DNA of 64,000 nucleotides from Pseudomonadota bacterium (GTDB taxonomy: Bacteria; Desulfobacterota; Desulfovibrionia; Desulfovibrionales; Desulfovibrionaceae): assembly GCA_023438245.1 (NCBI GenBank), contig JAEXRD010000149.1, positions 4,771 to 68,770 of the forward strand, written 5' to 3'. Below the pieces are notes generated by a model, which worked only from the letters and a program-made list of their open reading frames with translations, was not told the DNA's origin and did no database searches. Made by a program: the position numbers and the translations under genes. This document shows positions 20,152-29,902 of this stretch, piece after piece (the stretch's first letter is position 1; every line of letters starts with the position of its first letter).

Positions 20152-22041
20152 ATGAGCCACGCCACCCAGCCGGTTTTCCTGGAGCCTTTCGACCTCTACC
20201 TGTTCGGCAAGGGCGAGCACTGGGACCTCTACCGCATCCTGGGCGCGCACCCGCACGAGCAGGAGGGCCAGAGCGGCTACCGCTTCGCCGTGTGGGCGCC
20301 CAACGCCCGCTCGGTCAAGCTCGTCGGCCCGTTCAACAACTGGTGGGGCAAGGAGCATCCGCTCTATCCCGTGGGCTCCTCGGGCATCTGGGCCTGCTTC
20401 GTGCCCGGCCTGCCCCAGGGCGAGCTGTACAAGTTCGCAGTGAAGAACCGCCACGGCCACACCACCTTCAAGGCCGACCCCTTCGCCCTGTATTGCGAGA
20501 TGCGCCCTGGCAACGCCGCCCGCACCTGGAGGCTGGACGGCTACCAGTGGGGCGACGGGGCCTGGCTGGCCGAGCGCGCCCGCCACGATCCGCCGCTGGG
20601 CCGCCCGCAGTCGGTGTACGAGGTGCACGCCGGGTCCTGGCGGCTGCGCGAGGGCCGCTGGCTGACCTACCGCGACATGGCCCACGAGCTGGTGGACTAC
20701 GTGAAGGAGCTGGGCTTCACGCACATCGAGTTCATGCCGCTTGCCGAGCACCCGCTGGACGAGAGCTGGGGCTACCAGACCAGCCACTATTTCGCGCCCA
20801 CCTCACGCTTCGGCGAGCCGGACGACCTGCGCTACCTCATCGACCGCTGCCACCAGCAGGGCATCGGCGTCATCCTGGACTGGGTGCCCGGCCATTTCCC
20901 CAAGGACGACTGGAGCCTGGGGCGCTTCGACGGCACGGCCCTGTACGAGCACGAGGACCCGCGCAAGGGCGAGCACCCGGACTGGGGCACCTACATCTTC
21001 AACTACGGCCGCCACGAGGTGAAGAACTTCCTGCTGGCCAACGCCCTGTACTGGTTCAAGGAATTCCACATCGACGGCATCCGCATCGACGCCGTGGCCT
21101 CCATGCTCTACCTGGACTACAGCCGCCAGGAGGGCCAGTGGATTCCCAACGAGTACGGCGGGCGCGAAAATTTAGACGCCATCGAGCTTCTCAAGGCGCT
21201 GAACACCGTGGTGCACGCCCAGTTCCCCGGCGCGACGATGATCGCCGAGGAGAGCACCGCCTGGCCCGGCGTGTCGCGCCCCATCTACACCGGCGGGCTG
21301 GGCTTCACCTTCAAGTGGAACATGGGCTGGATGAACGACACCCTGGCCTATTTCCAGCGCGACCCGGTGCACCGGGCCTACCACCACAACAGCCTCACCT
21401 TCAGCATGCTCTATGCCTTCAGCGAGAACTTCGTGCTGCCGCTGTCCCACGACGAAGTGGTGCACGGCAAGGGCGCGCTGGCCTCCAAGATGCCCGGCGA
21501 CCAGTGGCAGCAGCTGGCCAACCTGCGCCTGCTGTTCTGCTACCAGTGGGCGCACCCGGGCAAGAAGCTCTTGTTCATGGGCGGGGAGTTCGCCCAGTGG
21601 AACGAGTGGAACTGCAAGGGCGAGCTGGACTGGCTGCTGCACTGCTTCCCCAGCCACACCGGCGTTGCGCACCTGCTGGGCGATTTGAACCGCATTCTGC
21701 GCGACTACCCGGCCATGCACGAGGCCGACAACAGCTGGAAGGGCTTCCAGTGGATGGATTGCAACGACTGGAGCAATTCCGTGCTGAGCTTCGCGCGCAA
21801 GGCTCCGGGGCATCCCGATATCCTCTGGGTGTTCAACTTCACGCCCGTGGTGCGCATGGGCTACGGGGTGCGCTGCCCCGGCCCGGGCCGCTGGCGCGAG
21901 ATTCTGAACTCCGACGCCGAGGCCTACGGCGGCAGCAACGCGGGCAACGCCGGGCTGGTGGAGAGCTGGGAGCACTGCGGCAACCACTTCCTGAACCTGA
22001 CGCTGCCCCCGCTGGGCGCGCTGGCGTTCATTCGAGAGTAG
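20152..22041 (+). CDS. glgB: 1,4-alpha-glucan branching enzyme
   Basis: [46 protein letters not shown]. Confidence 0.97.
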   Translation: MSHATQPVFLEPFDLYLFGKGEHWDLYRILGAHPHEQEGQSGYRFAVWAPNARSVKLVGPFNNWWGKEHPLYPVGSSGIWACFVPGLPQGELYKFAVKNRHGHTTFKADPFALYCEMRPGNAARTWRLDGYQWGDGAWLAERARHDPPLGRPQSVYEVHAGSWRLREGRWLTYRDMAHELVDYVKELGFTHIEFMPLAEHPLDESWGYQTSHYFAPTSRFGEPDDLRYLIDRCHQQGIGVILDWVPGHFPKDDWSLGRFDGTALYEHEDPRKGEHPDWGTYIFNYGRHEVKNFLLANALYWFKEFHIDGIRIDAVASMLYLDYSRQEGQWIPNEYGGRENLDAIELLKALNTVVHAQFPGATMIAEESTAWPGVSRPIYTGGLGFTFKWNMGWMNDTLAYFQRDPVHRAYHHNSLTFSMLYAFSENFVLPLSHDEVVHGKGALASKMPGDQWQQLANLRLLFCYQWAHPGKKLLFMGGEFAQWNEWNCKGELDWLLHCFPSHTGVAHLLGDLNRILRDYPAMHEADNSWKGFQWMDCNDWSNSVLSFARKAPGHPDILWVFNFTPVVRMGYGVRCPGPGRWREILNSDAEAYGGSNAGNAGLVESWEHCGNHFLNLTLPPLGALAFIRE

Positions 22042-22048
22042 GCGGCCC

Positions 22049-23068
22049 ATGAGAACGCTGGCCATCACCCTGGGCGACCCCTGCGGGCTGGGCCCGGAGC
22101 TGGTCGTCCGCACCCTGCGCGACGAGGAAACCTCCATTGGCACTGGGGACCGGCTGCTGCTCCTCGGGCCGGAGGCCGCGCTCACACGAGAACTGCACGG
22201 GGACGCGCCGTTCTGGACGCGCCTGGATGCGCCGGAGCAGATCGCCGAGCACGGGCCGGGAATCTACCTGTTCGAGCCTGACGGCTTGGCCGGGCTGGAG
22301 CTGCCGCCGGGCGTGGCCTGCCCCGCTGGCGGGCTGGCGGCGGGCAGGAGCCTGGAACTGGCCGTGGAGCTGGCCAGGCGCGGCGTTGTTGCCGGGCTGG
22401 TCACCTGCCCGCTGAACAAGGCCATGCTGCAGGCCGCGGGGTTCGACTTCCCCGGCCACACGGAGTTTTTGGCCGAGGGCTTCGGCCTGGGGCGCGGCGA
22501 CGTGACCATGCACCTGTGCGGCCCCATGCCCAAGTACGAGGACGAGATGGTGCTGCGCGTCAGCCTCGTCACCACGCACCCGCCGCTCTCGGAAGTGCCC
22601 CGGCTCGTGACCCGCGAAGCGGTGCTGCGGGCCATCCGCCACACCTCGGCGTTCGTGGAGCGGCTGGGCCTTGTGGGCCAGCAGGGCGGGGCCATCGGCG
22701 TGTGCGGGCTCAATCCCCACGCCGGGGAGAGCGGGCGCATCGGCTGCGAGGAGGGCGACGTGGTCTGCCCGGCTGTGGAGCAGGCGCGGGCCGAGGGCCT
22801 CGCCGTGGCCGGGCCCATTCCGGCGGACACGCTGTTCCACTTCGCGGCGCGCGGCGGCTACCCTGCCGTGGTGGCCATGTACCACGACCAGGGGCTTGGC
22901 CCGCTCAAGCTCTTGCACTTCGGCGAGGCGGTGAACATCACCCTCGGCCTGCCCATCGTGCGCACCAGCCCGGACCACGGTACGGGCTACGACCTGGTGG
23001 GCACGGGCAAGGCGAGGCTGACGAGTTTCGTCGCGGCGCTGGACATGGCGCGGCGGCTGGTGGGCTGA
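22049..23068 (+). CDS. pdxA: 4-hydroxythreonine-4-phosphate dehydrogenase
   Basis: GDPCGLGPE, FPGHTE, NPHAGE, MYHDQG, RTSPDHGT. Confidence 0.95.
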   Translation: MRTLAITLGDPCGLGPELVVRTLRDEETSIGTGDRLLLLGPEAALTRELHGDAPFWTRLDAPEQIAEHGPGIYLFEPDGLAGLELPPGVACPAGGLAAGRSLELAVELARRGVVAGLVTCPLNKAMLQAAGFDFPGHTEFLAEGFGLGRGDVTMHLCGPMPKYEDEMVLRVSLVTTHPPLSEVPRLVTREAVLRAIRHTSAFVERLGLVGQQGGAIGVCGLNPHAGESGRIGCEEGDVVCPAVEQARAEGLAVAGPIPADTLFHFAARGGYPAVVAMYHDQGLGPLKLLHFGEAVNITLGLPIVRTSPDHGTGYDLVGTGKARLTSFVAALDMARRLVG

Positions 23069-23103
23069 TCCCTGGTGTGAATTTTCTGGCGCGGGAGGGA
23101 ACG

Positions 23104-23397
23104 ATGCCGCGTTGCGCCCTGGTTCTTCTGTTGATCCTGCTGGCCGTGCTGCTCGCCGCCAGCCCCGCCGCTCTGGCCGAGGGCGTGCTGCGCCAGCGCC
23201 CCATGCTGCCCGACGGCTCCATTCCGCTCCACGTTCCCCAGCACCCCTGCACCCCCGGCCAGAACGCCACGGACCCGGACTGCCGCGAGTCTCGCCGCCT
23301 GGACTGCCTGGGCTCGTGCCGGCACGACTTCAGCTACAACGGCGACATGATGTATCTGCGTTGGTGCGAGCGGGGGTGTGAGCAAGGGGAGAAGTAG
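23104..23397 (+). CDS. Small secreted six-cysteine protein
   Basis: GGAGG RBS; signal peptide ending ALA; six Cys in the mature part. Confidence 0.7.
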   Translation: MPRCALVLLLILLAVLLAASPAALAEGVLRQRPMLPDGSIPLHVPQHPCTPGQNATDPDCRESRRLDCLGSCRHDFSYNGDMMYLRWCERGCEQGEK

Positions 23398-23497
23398 GGG
23401 GAATGATAAGACGGCGTGGGATGTGTGAGAAGCGCTGGTAGAGTGGATTTGTTAGTGTTGAAAGGCGGTTTTTTCGGTGGTTGCCGTGCGATTGTAT

Positions 23498-24328
23498 TTA
23501 AATTTCTTTGAAATCGATTCTGTATAATTCTTCATTGAGAGTTGCCTGTAGAATGGATATGTGTTTGAATTTTACATCAGTTTTGAGTATGTTTAGGAGT
23601 TCTGCTCTTTTGACTTCATTCATTCTGCATCCAATTATCACTGTATTGATTGCTTGTTTTGGAAATTTGAATAAATGAATCGACCTTTCGCCTAACCGTT
23701 GTATGGTATGTGCAGATCTCAGTGGCATAAGCATGCGCCACTCATGTTCATATTCCCAGTCTCTTCCTTTTGTTAAGAATATTTCCAAGTCTGTTATCTC
23801 GTCAAGTGATAGCCGTGGACGAGTTTCGCAGTATTTAACTTGCACGGGGCGTCCAGTTCCGTCAGATGCTGGTCGTTGAGTGAAAAAACGTGATGTTGAA
23901 TTAAATCCAATTACAAAACCTTGGTGAGATTCAGCATAATGCGCCCACATTAGCAGGCTGTCACGTATACTTGATAAGCAAAGTATTCCATATGTTGTTG
24001 TAAGCTCTTTGTATATTACATCGCGCGCTTCTGGTAGCTTTGCTTTTGCATAATGTGGCAGATGGTCGACCATCTTTTTGTGGTGAAAGATTGCATTCGC
24101 TACATACCCAGCAATGTCAGTGCCGTGAAACGTTGGTGCATAATTGTCGGCGACAAGTGTTGGAAAAATTTCGTGCATGCCCTGAAGTAGACGTTCATTA
24201 TCTCCAAGTGAGTGGATATGTGGTCTTAACTCAAAGGGATCGTTAAGGTCAGCTGGTGCAGTAAAACGAATTTCTGACTTCGCAAGAACGTCAAGCCGGT
24301 TTGAGCTTAGGTATTTGTATAAGATCAT
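23498..24328 (-). CDS. DUF2971 domain protein, AT-rich and probably horizontally acquired
   Basis: LYKY, LNDPFE, ILCLS....SLLMWAHYAESHQGFVIGF, TKGRDWEYEHEWR, VIIG; ATG 24328. Confidence 0.88.
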   Translation of the reverse strand: MILYKYLSSNRLDVLAKSEIRFTAPADLNDPFELRPHIHSLGDNERLLQGMHEIFPTLVADNYAPTFHGTDIAGYVANAIFHHKKMVDHLPHYAKAKLPEARDVIYKELTTTYGILCLSSIRDSLLMWAHYAESHQGFVIGFNSTSRFFTQRPASDGTGRPVQVKYCETRPRLSLDEITDLEIFLTKGRDWEYEHEWRMLMPLRSAHTIQRLGERSIHLFKFPKQAINTVIIGCRMNEVKRAELLNILKTDVKFKHISILQATLNEELYRIDFKEI

Positions 24329-24363
24329 GATTTTTGATTTGGTTGGAGCTAATACTGAATTCC

Positions 24364-25230
24364 CTACCCCCTCAGCACTTCCATCAAATACTGCCCATAG
24401 TCGTTCTTCAACAATCCCGCCGCCAGCTTCTCCAGCTGCGCCGCGTCGATGTAGCCCATGCGGTAGGCGATCTCCTCCACGCAGGCGATGCGCAGGCTCT
24501 GGTTCTCCTGCACCATGCGCACAAAGTTGGCCGCGCGCAGCAGCGACTCGTGCGTGCCCATGTCCAGCCAGGCCCAGCCGCGCCCGCAGACTTCCACGTT
24601 GAGGTCGCCCCGGTGCAGGTACACGTTGTTCACGTCCGTGATCTCCAGCTCCCCGCGCGGCGAGGGCTTGAGGGCACGCGCGATGTCCACCACGTCGTTG
24701 TCGTAGAAGTACAGGCCGGTGACGGCGTAGCGCGACTTGGGCTCTTTGGGCTTTTCCTCGATGGAGAGCGCCCGGAAGTTGTGGTCGAACTCCACCACGC
24801 CGAAGCGCTCCGGGTCGCGCACGGGGTAGGCGAACACCGTGCCGCCCTTCTTGAGCGCGGCCGCGCGCTGCAGCGATGCGGTCAGCCCCTGGGCGAAGAA
24901 GATGTTGTCGCCCAGCACGAGGGAGACGGGGTCGTTGCCGATGAAGTCCGCGCCCAGGATGAAGGCCTGGGCCAGGCCGTCGGGGCTGGGCTGCTCCACG
25001 TAGCTGAAGTTGAGCCCCAGGTCCGAGCCGTCGCCCAGCATCTCGGCGAAGCGCGGCAGGTCCGTGGGCGTGGAAATGACAAGGATATCGCGGATTCCCG
25101 CCAGCATCAGCGTGGAGAGCGGGTAGTAGATCATGGGCTTGTCGTACACCGGCAAGAGCTGCTTGCTGATGACGCGGGTGAGCGGGTGCAGCCGGGTGCC
25201 GGAGCCGCCTGCCAGGATGATGCCCTTCAT
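24364..25230 (-). CDS. rfbA: Glucose-1-phosphate thymidylyltransferase
   Basis: [43 protein letters not shown]. Confidence 0.97.
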   Translation of the reverse strand: MKGIILAGGSGTRLHPLTRVISKQLLPVYDKPMIYYPLSTLMLAGIRDILVISTPTDLPRFAEMLGDGSDLGLNFSYVEQPSPDGLAQAFILGADFIGNDPVSLVLGDNIFFAQGLTASLQRAAALKKGGTVFAYPVRDPERFGVVEFDHNFRALSIEEKPKEPKSRYAVTGLYFYDNDVVDIARALKPSPRGELEITDVNNVYLHRGDLNVEVCGRGWAWLDMGTHESLLRAANFVRMVQENQSLRIACVEEIAYRMGYIDAAQLEKLAAGLLKNDYGQYLMEVLRG

Positions 25231-25391
25231 GTTCTCTCCGAAGCTGTTTGAAATGGTGCTGGCGGTTTACAGAACCGCCGGGGCTTGGTACCAATCAGCC
25301 GCCCGGATACTATGATTCCGCGGGCATTGGCAACCGCCACGGCCCGCGCCTCCCCCCACGTTTTCCCGAAAGGGCCGGGCAAGGAGCGACC

Positions 25392-26132
25392 ATGTTCTTC
25401 CAGGCGGGGCCCCCGCTTCTGCTCATCTTCCTCGCGGTGGCCGTGTTCTTCGGCCTGTTCGTGCTGCTGCCCGTCAGCCTGGTGGCCACGGCCTTCGGCA
25501 AGCTGGGCCTCACCGGCGTGCAGGGCTTCATCGTGTTCGCGGCCACGCTCATGGGCAGCTCGGTGAACCTGCCGCTGCACCGGGGCACCCGGCTTGTGCG
25601 CGGAGACGCCGCCCCGGCCAGCCGCATCTTCCGCTTTTCCGGCAACCTGGGGCGCATCCGCTTCGGCCACAGTGCCGAGGACTCGCTGCTGCTCTCCGAG
25701 CAGATCATCGCCGTGAACGTGGGCGGCTGCATCGTGCCCTGCCTGCTCTCGGCCTGGTTCCTGTGGCAGATGCACCTCTCCGGCCAGCTGGGCGGCTGGC
25801 TGGCGCTTTCCGTGGTCATCTCCTCGCTGGCCTGCTACCTGCTGGCCAAGCCCATGCCCGGCATCGGCATCGGCGTGCCGGTGCTGCTGCCCCCGGCGGT
25901 GGCGGCGCTCACGGCCATCCTGCTGGCCCCGGAGTTTCCCGGCCAGGACACCGTGGCCCCGCGCGCGGCCTACATGGCGGGCACGCTGGGCACGCTCATC
26001 GGCGCGGACCTGCTGCACCTGGCCAACCGGCGCACCTGGGCCATGCTCGACGCGCCGGTGCTGTCCATCGGCGGGGCGGGCACCTTCGACGGCATCTTCC
26101 TGGCCGGCATCATCGCCGTACTGCTGGCGTAA
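25392..26132 (+). CDS. DUF1614 membrane protein
   Basis: IAVNVGGCIVP, GTLGTLIGADLL, SIGGAGTFDGIFL. Confidence 0.88.
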   Translation: MFFQAGPPLLLIFLAVAVFFGLFVLLPVSLVATAFGKLGLTGVQGFIVFAATLMGSSVNLPLHRGTRLVRGDAAPASRIFRFSGNLGRIRFGHSAEDSLLLSEQIIAVNVGGCIVPCLLSAWFLWQMHLSGQLGGWLALSVVISSLACYLLAKPMPGIGIGVPVLLPPAVAALTAILLAPEFPGQDTVAPRAAYMAGTLGTLIGADLLHLANRRTWAMLDAPVLSIGGAGTFDGIFLAGIIAVLLA

Positions 26133-26144
26133 AAGGAGCAAAAC

Positions 26145-26975
26145 GTGGGCGAGATTTCCGTCTCCTTCGGCAAGGGCGTGGGCCAGACCGCGGGCCAGCG
26201 GTTCTACCTGTTCACCGGCCCGCTTGCGGGTTCTCACGTCGAGGCCACGTCCGGCAGCCTGCCCTGCGCCTGGACGGCAGACGCCCCGGCGAATTTGCGC
26301 GTGGGGGCGGTGCTGGGCGCCGAGCGCGAGGAATACCGCGTGCTGGGCCGCTCCTGGGTGCCCACAGCGATAGGCGGGGAGCTCCGGCCCGACTCCTTGT
26401 GCTGGCTCATGGAGACGCTCATTCCCGCGCCCTCGGCCATGCCTGCCGAGAGGTCGCTCACGCTTGCGCGCTCCGGCTTCGCCCTGGCCTGGATCACGCT
26501 GTCGGACAAGGGCTCGCGCGGGGAGCGGGCGGACGCCTCCGGCCCCCTGGTGGAGGAGCTGGTGCGCGCGGCCATGCCGGTGAACCTGGCGCGCGGGTTC
26601 CTCATGCCCGACGACGAGCGCGGCATCCGGGCGCTCTTAACCCACCTGGCCCTGGACTGCGGCTTCGACCTCATCGCCACCACCGGCGGCACGGGCGTGG
26701 CCCCGCGCGATGTAACCCCGGAGGCCACAAGCGCCGTCATAGAGAAGCGCATGCCCGGCTTCGAGCGCGCCATGACCGTCACCAGCCTGGCCAAGACCCC
26801 GCACGGGGCGGTGAGCCGCGCGGTGTGCGGAACCCTGGGCGGCGCGCTGATTTTGAACCTGCCGGGCAGCCCCAAGGCCGTGCGCGAGTGCCTGGGCGCG
26901 GTGCTGCCCGCCATCGCCCACACCATCGAGAAGCTGCAGGGCGACCCCAGCGACTGCGCCGCGCCCGGGAAATGA
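26145..26975 (+). CDS. MogA/MoaB molybdopterin adenylyltransferase with N-terminal extension
   Basis: TLSDKG..GERADASG, TTGGTGVAPRDVTPEA, NLPGSPKAVREC. Confidence 0.9.
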   Translation: MGEISVSFGKGVGQTAGQRFYLFTGPLAGSHVEATSGSLPCAWTADAPANLRVGAVLGAEREEYRVLGRSWVPTAIGGELRPDSLCWLMETLIPAPSAMPAERSLTLARSGFALAWITLSDKGSRGERADASGPLVEELVRAAMPVNLARGFLMPDDERGIRALLTHLALDCGFDLIATTGGTGVAPRDVTPEATSAVIEKRMPGFERAMTVTSLAKTPHGAVSRAVCGTLGGALILNLPGSPKAVRECLGAVLPAIAHTIEKLQGDPSDCAAPGK

Positions 26976-27013
26976 GGGCTGGAAGTCCTTGCGGGTTCCT
27001 GGCCCTTGGAGTA

Positions 27014-27041
27014 TAAACACTTGTTTGAAAGTGGCCGATAA
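27014..27041 (+). promoter_or_regulatory. Putative sigma28 (FliA) promoter of tolC
   Basis: TAAA-N16-GCCGATAA, 54 bp upstream of the ATG. Confidence 0.5.
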
Positions 27042-27095
27042 GGCCCGCAAGAGAAGAGCACGGCCCTGATTTTCATCCAGAAAGGGACACAAGAT

Positions 27096-28502
27096 ATGCG
27101 CAGACCTCCCCGTCATCTCGCCCTGGCGCTCGCACTCGGCCTTGCCTTGGCCGCCCCGGCTTACGCCCAGGACGCCAAGGCCCCCGAAGCCGCCAAGGTG
27201 GAAGCCCCCAAGGCCGAACCGGCCCAGAACGGCGCGGCCCAGCTGCCCGTGCCGTCCAACCTGAACCTGCAGCAGAGCGTGGAGCGCGGCCTGCAGGCCA
27301 ACCCCACCATCGTCTCCGCCCGCGCCCAGCTGCTGGGCTCTGAGTACTCCAAGAACTCCGCCCTGGCGGACTTCTTCCCCACGGCCACGGCCACCTACGG
27401 CGTGACCCACTACGACCGCCAGCCCCAGAGCGCGGGCGTCAAGACCGCCGACCAGGACCAGTGGGCGGGCCAGCTGAACCTGCACCAGCCGGTGTTCACG
27501 GGCTTCAAGCTCCTGTCCACCTTCCAGAAGGCCAAGCTCACCAAGGAGCAGAACGAGGCCAAGCTGTACCAGGCGGAGCTCTCGCTCATCAGCGCCATCC
27601 AGACCAACTACCTCTCGCACCTCAAGGCCAAGATGGATGTGAAGAGCGCCGAGGACTCCGTGGAGCGCCTGAAGAGCCAGCTCAAGGTCACCCAGGCCTT
27701 CTTCGACGTGGGCCTGAAGCCCAAGCTCGACGTGCTCCAGGCCGAGGTGGACCTGGCCACGGCGGAGCAGACCCTGCTGACCGCGCGCAACAGCCTGGAC
27801 ACCACGCGGGCCAAGCTCAACTCGCTGCTGGACCTGCCCCTTGAGGCCCCGGTGGAGTACGTGGGCGAGCTGGCCTACGCGCCCTTCGGCCTGGACCTGG
27901 CCGAGTGCCTGAAGCGCGCCTACGGCGCCCGGCCCGACGTGAAGATCGGCATGAAGAGCGTGGAGATCGCCGAGAAGGACGCCAGCATCACCGCCAGCGG
28001 CTTCTATCCGCAGGTGGCGGGCGACTTCAACTACTACAAGAAGGGCGACGACGCCACGCTGAGCAACAGCAAGTACCTGTCCAACTCGGCCAAGGACGCC
28101 TGGACCGTGGGCGCCTCCGCCAGCTACACCTTCTTCCAGTGGGGCAGCACCTACAACCAGTACAAGGCCGCGGGCGAGAACGTCTCGCGCATGCGCGCCG
28201 ACCTGGAGAACACCAAGCTCGGCGCGGGCTTCGAGGTCAAGCAGTACCTGCTCAGCCAGCGCGCCGCCGCCGACCGCATCGGCGTGGCCCGCAAGAGCGT
28301 GGAGGCCGCCCGCGAGTCCTACCGCATGGCCCTGGCCCGCTACCAGGCCCAGGTGGGCACCAACACCGACGTGCTGGACGCCCAGGCCAAGGTCAGCAAC
28401 TCCGAGGCCCAGCTCTCCCAGGCGCTGTCCGACTACCAGACCGCCCTGTCCAGCCTGTACGTGGCCATGGGCGAGAAGAACCCGGCCCTGGACATCCGGT
28501 AG
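27096..28502 (+). CDS. TolC family outer-membrane efflux protein
   Basis: Signal peptide; two OEP repeats (ADFFP, GLKPKLDVLQAE; GFYP, QVGTNTDVLDAQ). Confidence 0.92.
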   Translation: MRRPPRHLALALALGLALAAPAYAQDAKAPEAAKVEAPKAEPAQNGAAQLPVPSNLNLQQSVERGLQANPTIVSARAQLLGSEYSKNSALADFFPTATATYGVTHYDRQPQSAGVKTADQDQWAGQLNLHQPVFTGFKLLSTFQKAKLTKEQNEAKLYQAELSLISAIQTNYLSHLKAKMDVKSAEDSVERLKSQLKVTQAFFDVGLKPKLDVLQAEVDLATAEQTLLTARNSLDTTRAKLNSLLDLPLEAPVEYVGELAYAPFGLDLAECLKRAYGARPDVKIGMKSVEIAEKDASITASGFYPQVAGDFNYYKKGDDATLSNSKYLSNSAKDAWTVGASASYTFFQWGSTYNQYKAAGENVSRMRADLENTKLGAGFEVKQYLLSQRAAADRIGVARKSVEAARESYRMALARYQAQVGTNTDVLDAQAKVSNSEAQLSQALSDYQTALSSLYVAMGEKNPALDIR

Positions 28503-28511
28503 GCGGGGCGC

Positions 28512-28733
28512 ATGGGTTTCTTGTCCTCGCACCGCAGACGGCCGGAGCCGCAGCTCCTGGAGGGGGTCAAGTGCCCCTCCTGCGGGGGCGGGCTGTACGT
28601 CCACCGGGCCTGACGAAGCGTGAGCCTGCGCTGCAAGTCTTGCGGCCTGACACACCCGGTGGGAGCCTTCAAAAGCCAGATCGACGAAGCGCTGGAAGAG
28701 GAGTTCGCCTTTGTGCCCATGGATCGCCTGTGA
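28512..28733 (+). CDS. Dual-CXXC small selenoprotein (TGA at 28611-28613 read as Sec)
   Basis: MGFLSSHRRRPEPQLLEGVKCPSCGGGLYVHRA-U-RSVSLRCKSCGLTHPVGAFKSQIDEALEEEFAFVPMDRL; fills the tolC-mltB gap. Confidence 0.82.
28630..28646 (+). other. Bacterial SECIS-like hairpin
   Basis: GCUGCAA-GUC-UUGCGGC; loop begins 23 nt after UGA; resembles E. coli fdhF GGUUGCAGGUCUGCACC. Confidence 0.65.
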
Positions 28734-28785
28734 ACCCTCCGGGGAGTGCGCCAGGGCGGCGGGCCAAGGCCTTCGTCTGCTGAGA

Positions 28786-29712
28786 ATGTGTGCGGCGCGG
28801 TCCCTCGGGGCCGCGCTGTTCGTTTTTGCGGCCCTGCTGATCCTGCTGTCCGGGCCCGTTCCGGCCCACGCCCAGCAGGCCCAGACCGCCCCGGGCCAGA
28901 CCGTCTGGGACCCGCTGGTGCAGCGCCTGCTGGCCGACGGCTTCGACCCCGCGCGCACCCAGGCCCTGTTCGCCAGGCCGGAGCTGCGCTTCGACCCCCA
29001 GGTCATGGCGCGCAAGATGAACGCCCTGCTGGAGATCAAGCTCTCGCCCGACAGGCCCAAGGCCGAGCCCCCGGAGCTGTACTGGAGCTACCTCAACCCG
29101 CTTCTGCTCATGCAGGCCAGGGATTTTCTGGATGAGCAGCGCGCAGCGCTGCGCGAGGCCAGGGTGCGCTACGGCGTGCCCGAGGAGGTGCTCACGGCGC
29201 TGCTTCTGGTGGAGACCAAGCTGGGCCGCAACCTGGGCGGCCGGGGGGCGCTGGCCACCCTGGCCAGCATGGCCCTGGCGGGCGACTTCGCGCTCATCTC
29301 GCCCTACATCGAGCAGGGCGGGCTTTCCGCCGAGCTGGCGCAGTGGCTCCGCTGGCGCACGGCCCAGAAGGCCGCCTGGGCCTACAAGGAGCTCAAGGCC
29401 CTGCTTTTGTACGCCAAAAGCGCCAATTTCGACCCGTTGACCATTCCCGGCTCGGTGTACGGGGCCATCGGCATCTGCCAGTTCATGCCCAGCAACGCCG
29501 TGCGCTTCGGCGTGGACCTGGACGGCGACGGCCGGGCCGACCTGTTCAACCCCGCCGAGGCCGTGCTCTCCACCGGGCGGTTCCTCAAGGCCAACGGCTG
29601 GCGCGAGGGCCTGACCGAGGAGCAGCAGAAGCGCGTGCTCTACCGCTACAACCAGTCGCACTCCTACGTGCGCACCATCCTGGCCGTGGCCGGGCGCCTG
29701 AAGGCCGAGTAG
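28786..29712 (+). CDS. Lytic murein transglycosylase (MltB/SLT_2 family)
   Basis: YGVPEEVLTALLLVETKLG, GSVYGAIGICQFMPS, VDLDGDGRADL, YNQS..Y. Confidence 0.92.
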   Translation: MCAARSLGAALFVFAALLILLSGPVPAHAQQAQTAPGQTVWDPLVQRLLADGFDPARTQALFARPELRFDPQVMARKMNALLEIKLSPDRPKAEPPELYWSYLNPLLLMQARDFLDEQRAALREARVRYGVPEEVLTALLLVETKLGRNLGGRGALATLASMALAGDFALISPYIEQGGLSAELAQWLRWRTAQKAAWAYKELKALLLYAKSANFDPLTIPGSVYGAIGICQFMPSNAVRFGVDLDGDGRADLFNPAEAVLSTGRFLKANGWREGLTEEQQKRVLYRYNQSHSYVRTILAVAGRLKAE

Positions 29713-29860
29713 CCGCTGCACCCCGAAAGACGTCTTTTGCCCCCTGGACATCGTCACGAGCCGGTTCGGGGCCAGGGCTGTACCGCAAGAGTACTCTCCC
29801 CGGCCGCGAACCGGCTCGTTCCTCGCCAGCGAACAAAATCCGAACTTTTGGGAGCCGCGC
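29713..29860. repeat. Structured intergenic repeat (MITE/ERIC-like), copy A
   Basis: Aligns end to end with 52304-52450; 13-bp stem 29756-29768/29807-29819. Confidence 0.85.
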
Positions 29861-29902
29861 CGGGTAGACCGCGCAGGGTAGGGTGGGCCTTGGGCGCAGG
29901 CC

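Noticed and set aside
23394..24369. GTAGGG(GG)AAT-like inverted match at the two island borders
   Set aside because: Short, imperfect and made largely of the flanking TAG stops; not a convincing terminal repeat
24329..25294. 598-aa ORF apparently extending DUF2971 across rfbA
   Set aside because: The upstream part is an off-frame reading of rfbA; the DUF2971 gene has its own ATG at 24328
29713..29860. Repeat as a CRISPR unit, riboswitch or simple terminator
   Set aside because: No tandem spacers or cas genes; it lies 3' of genes; it lacks a U tail, and copy B has a separate terminator downstream
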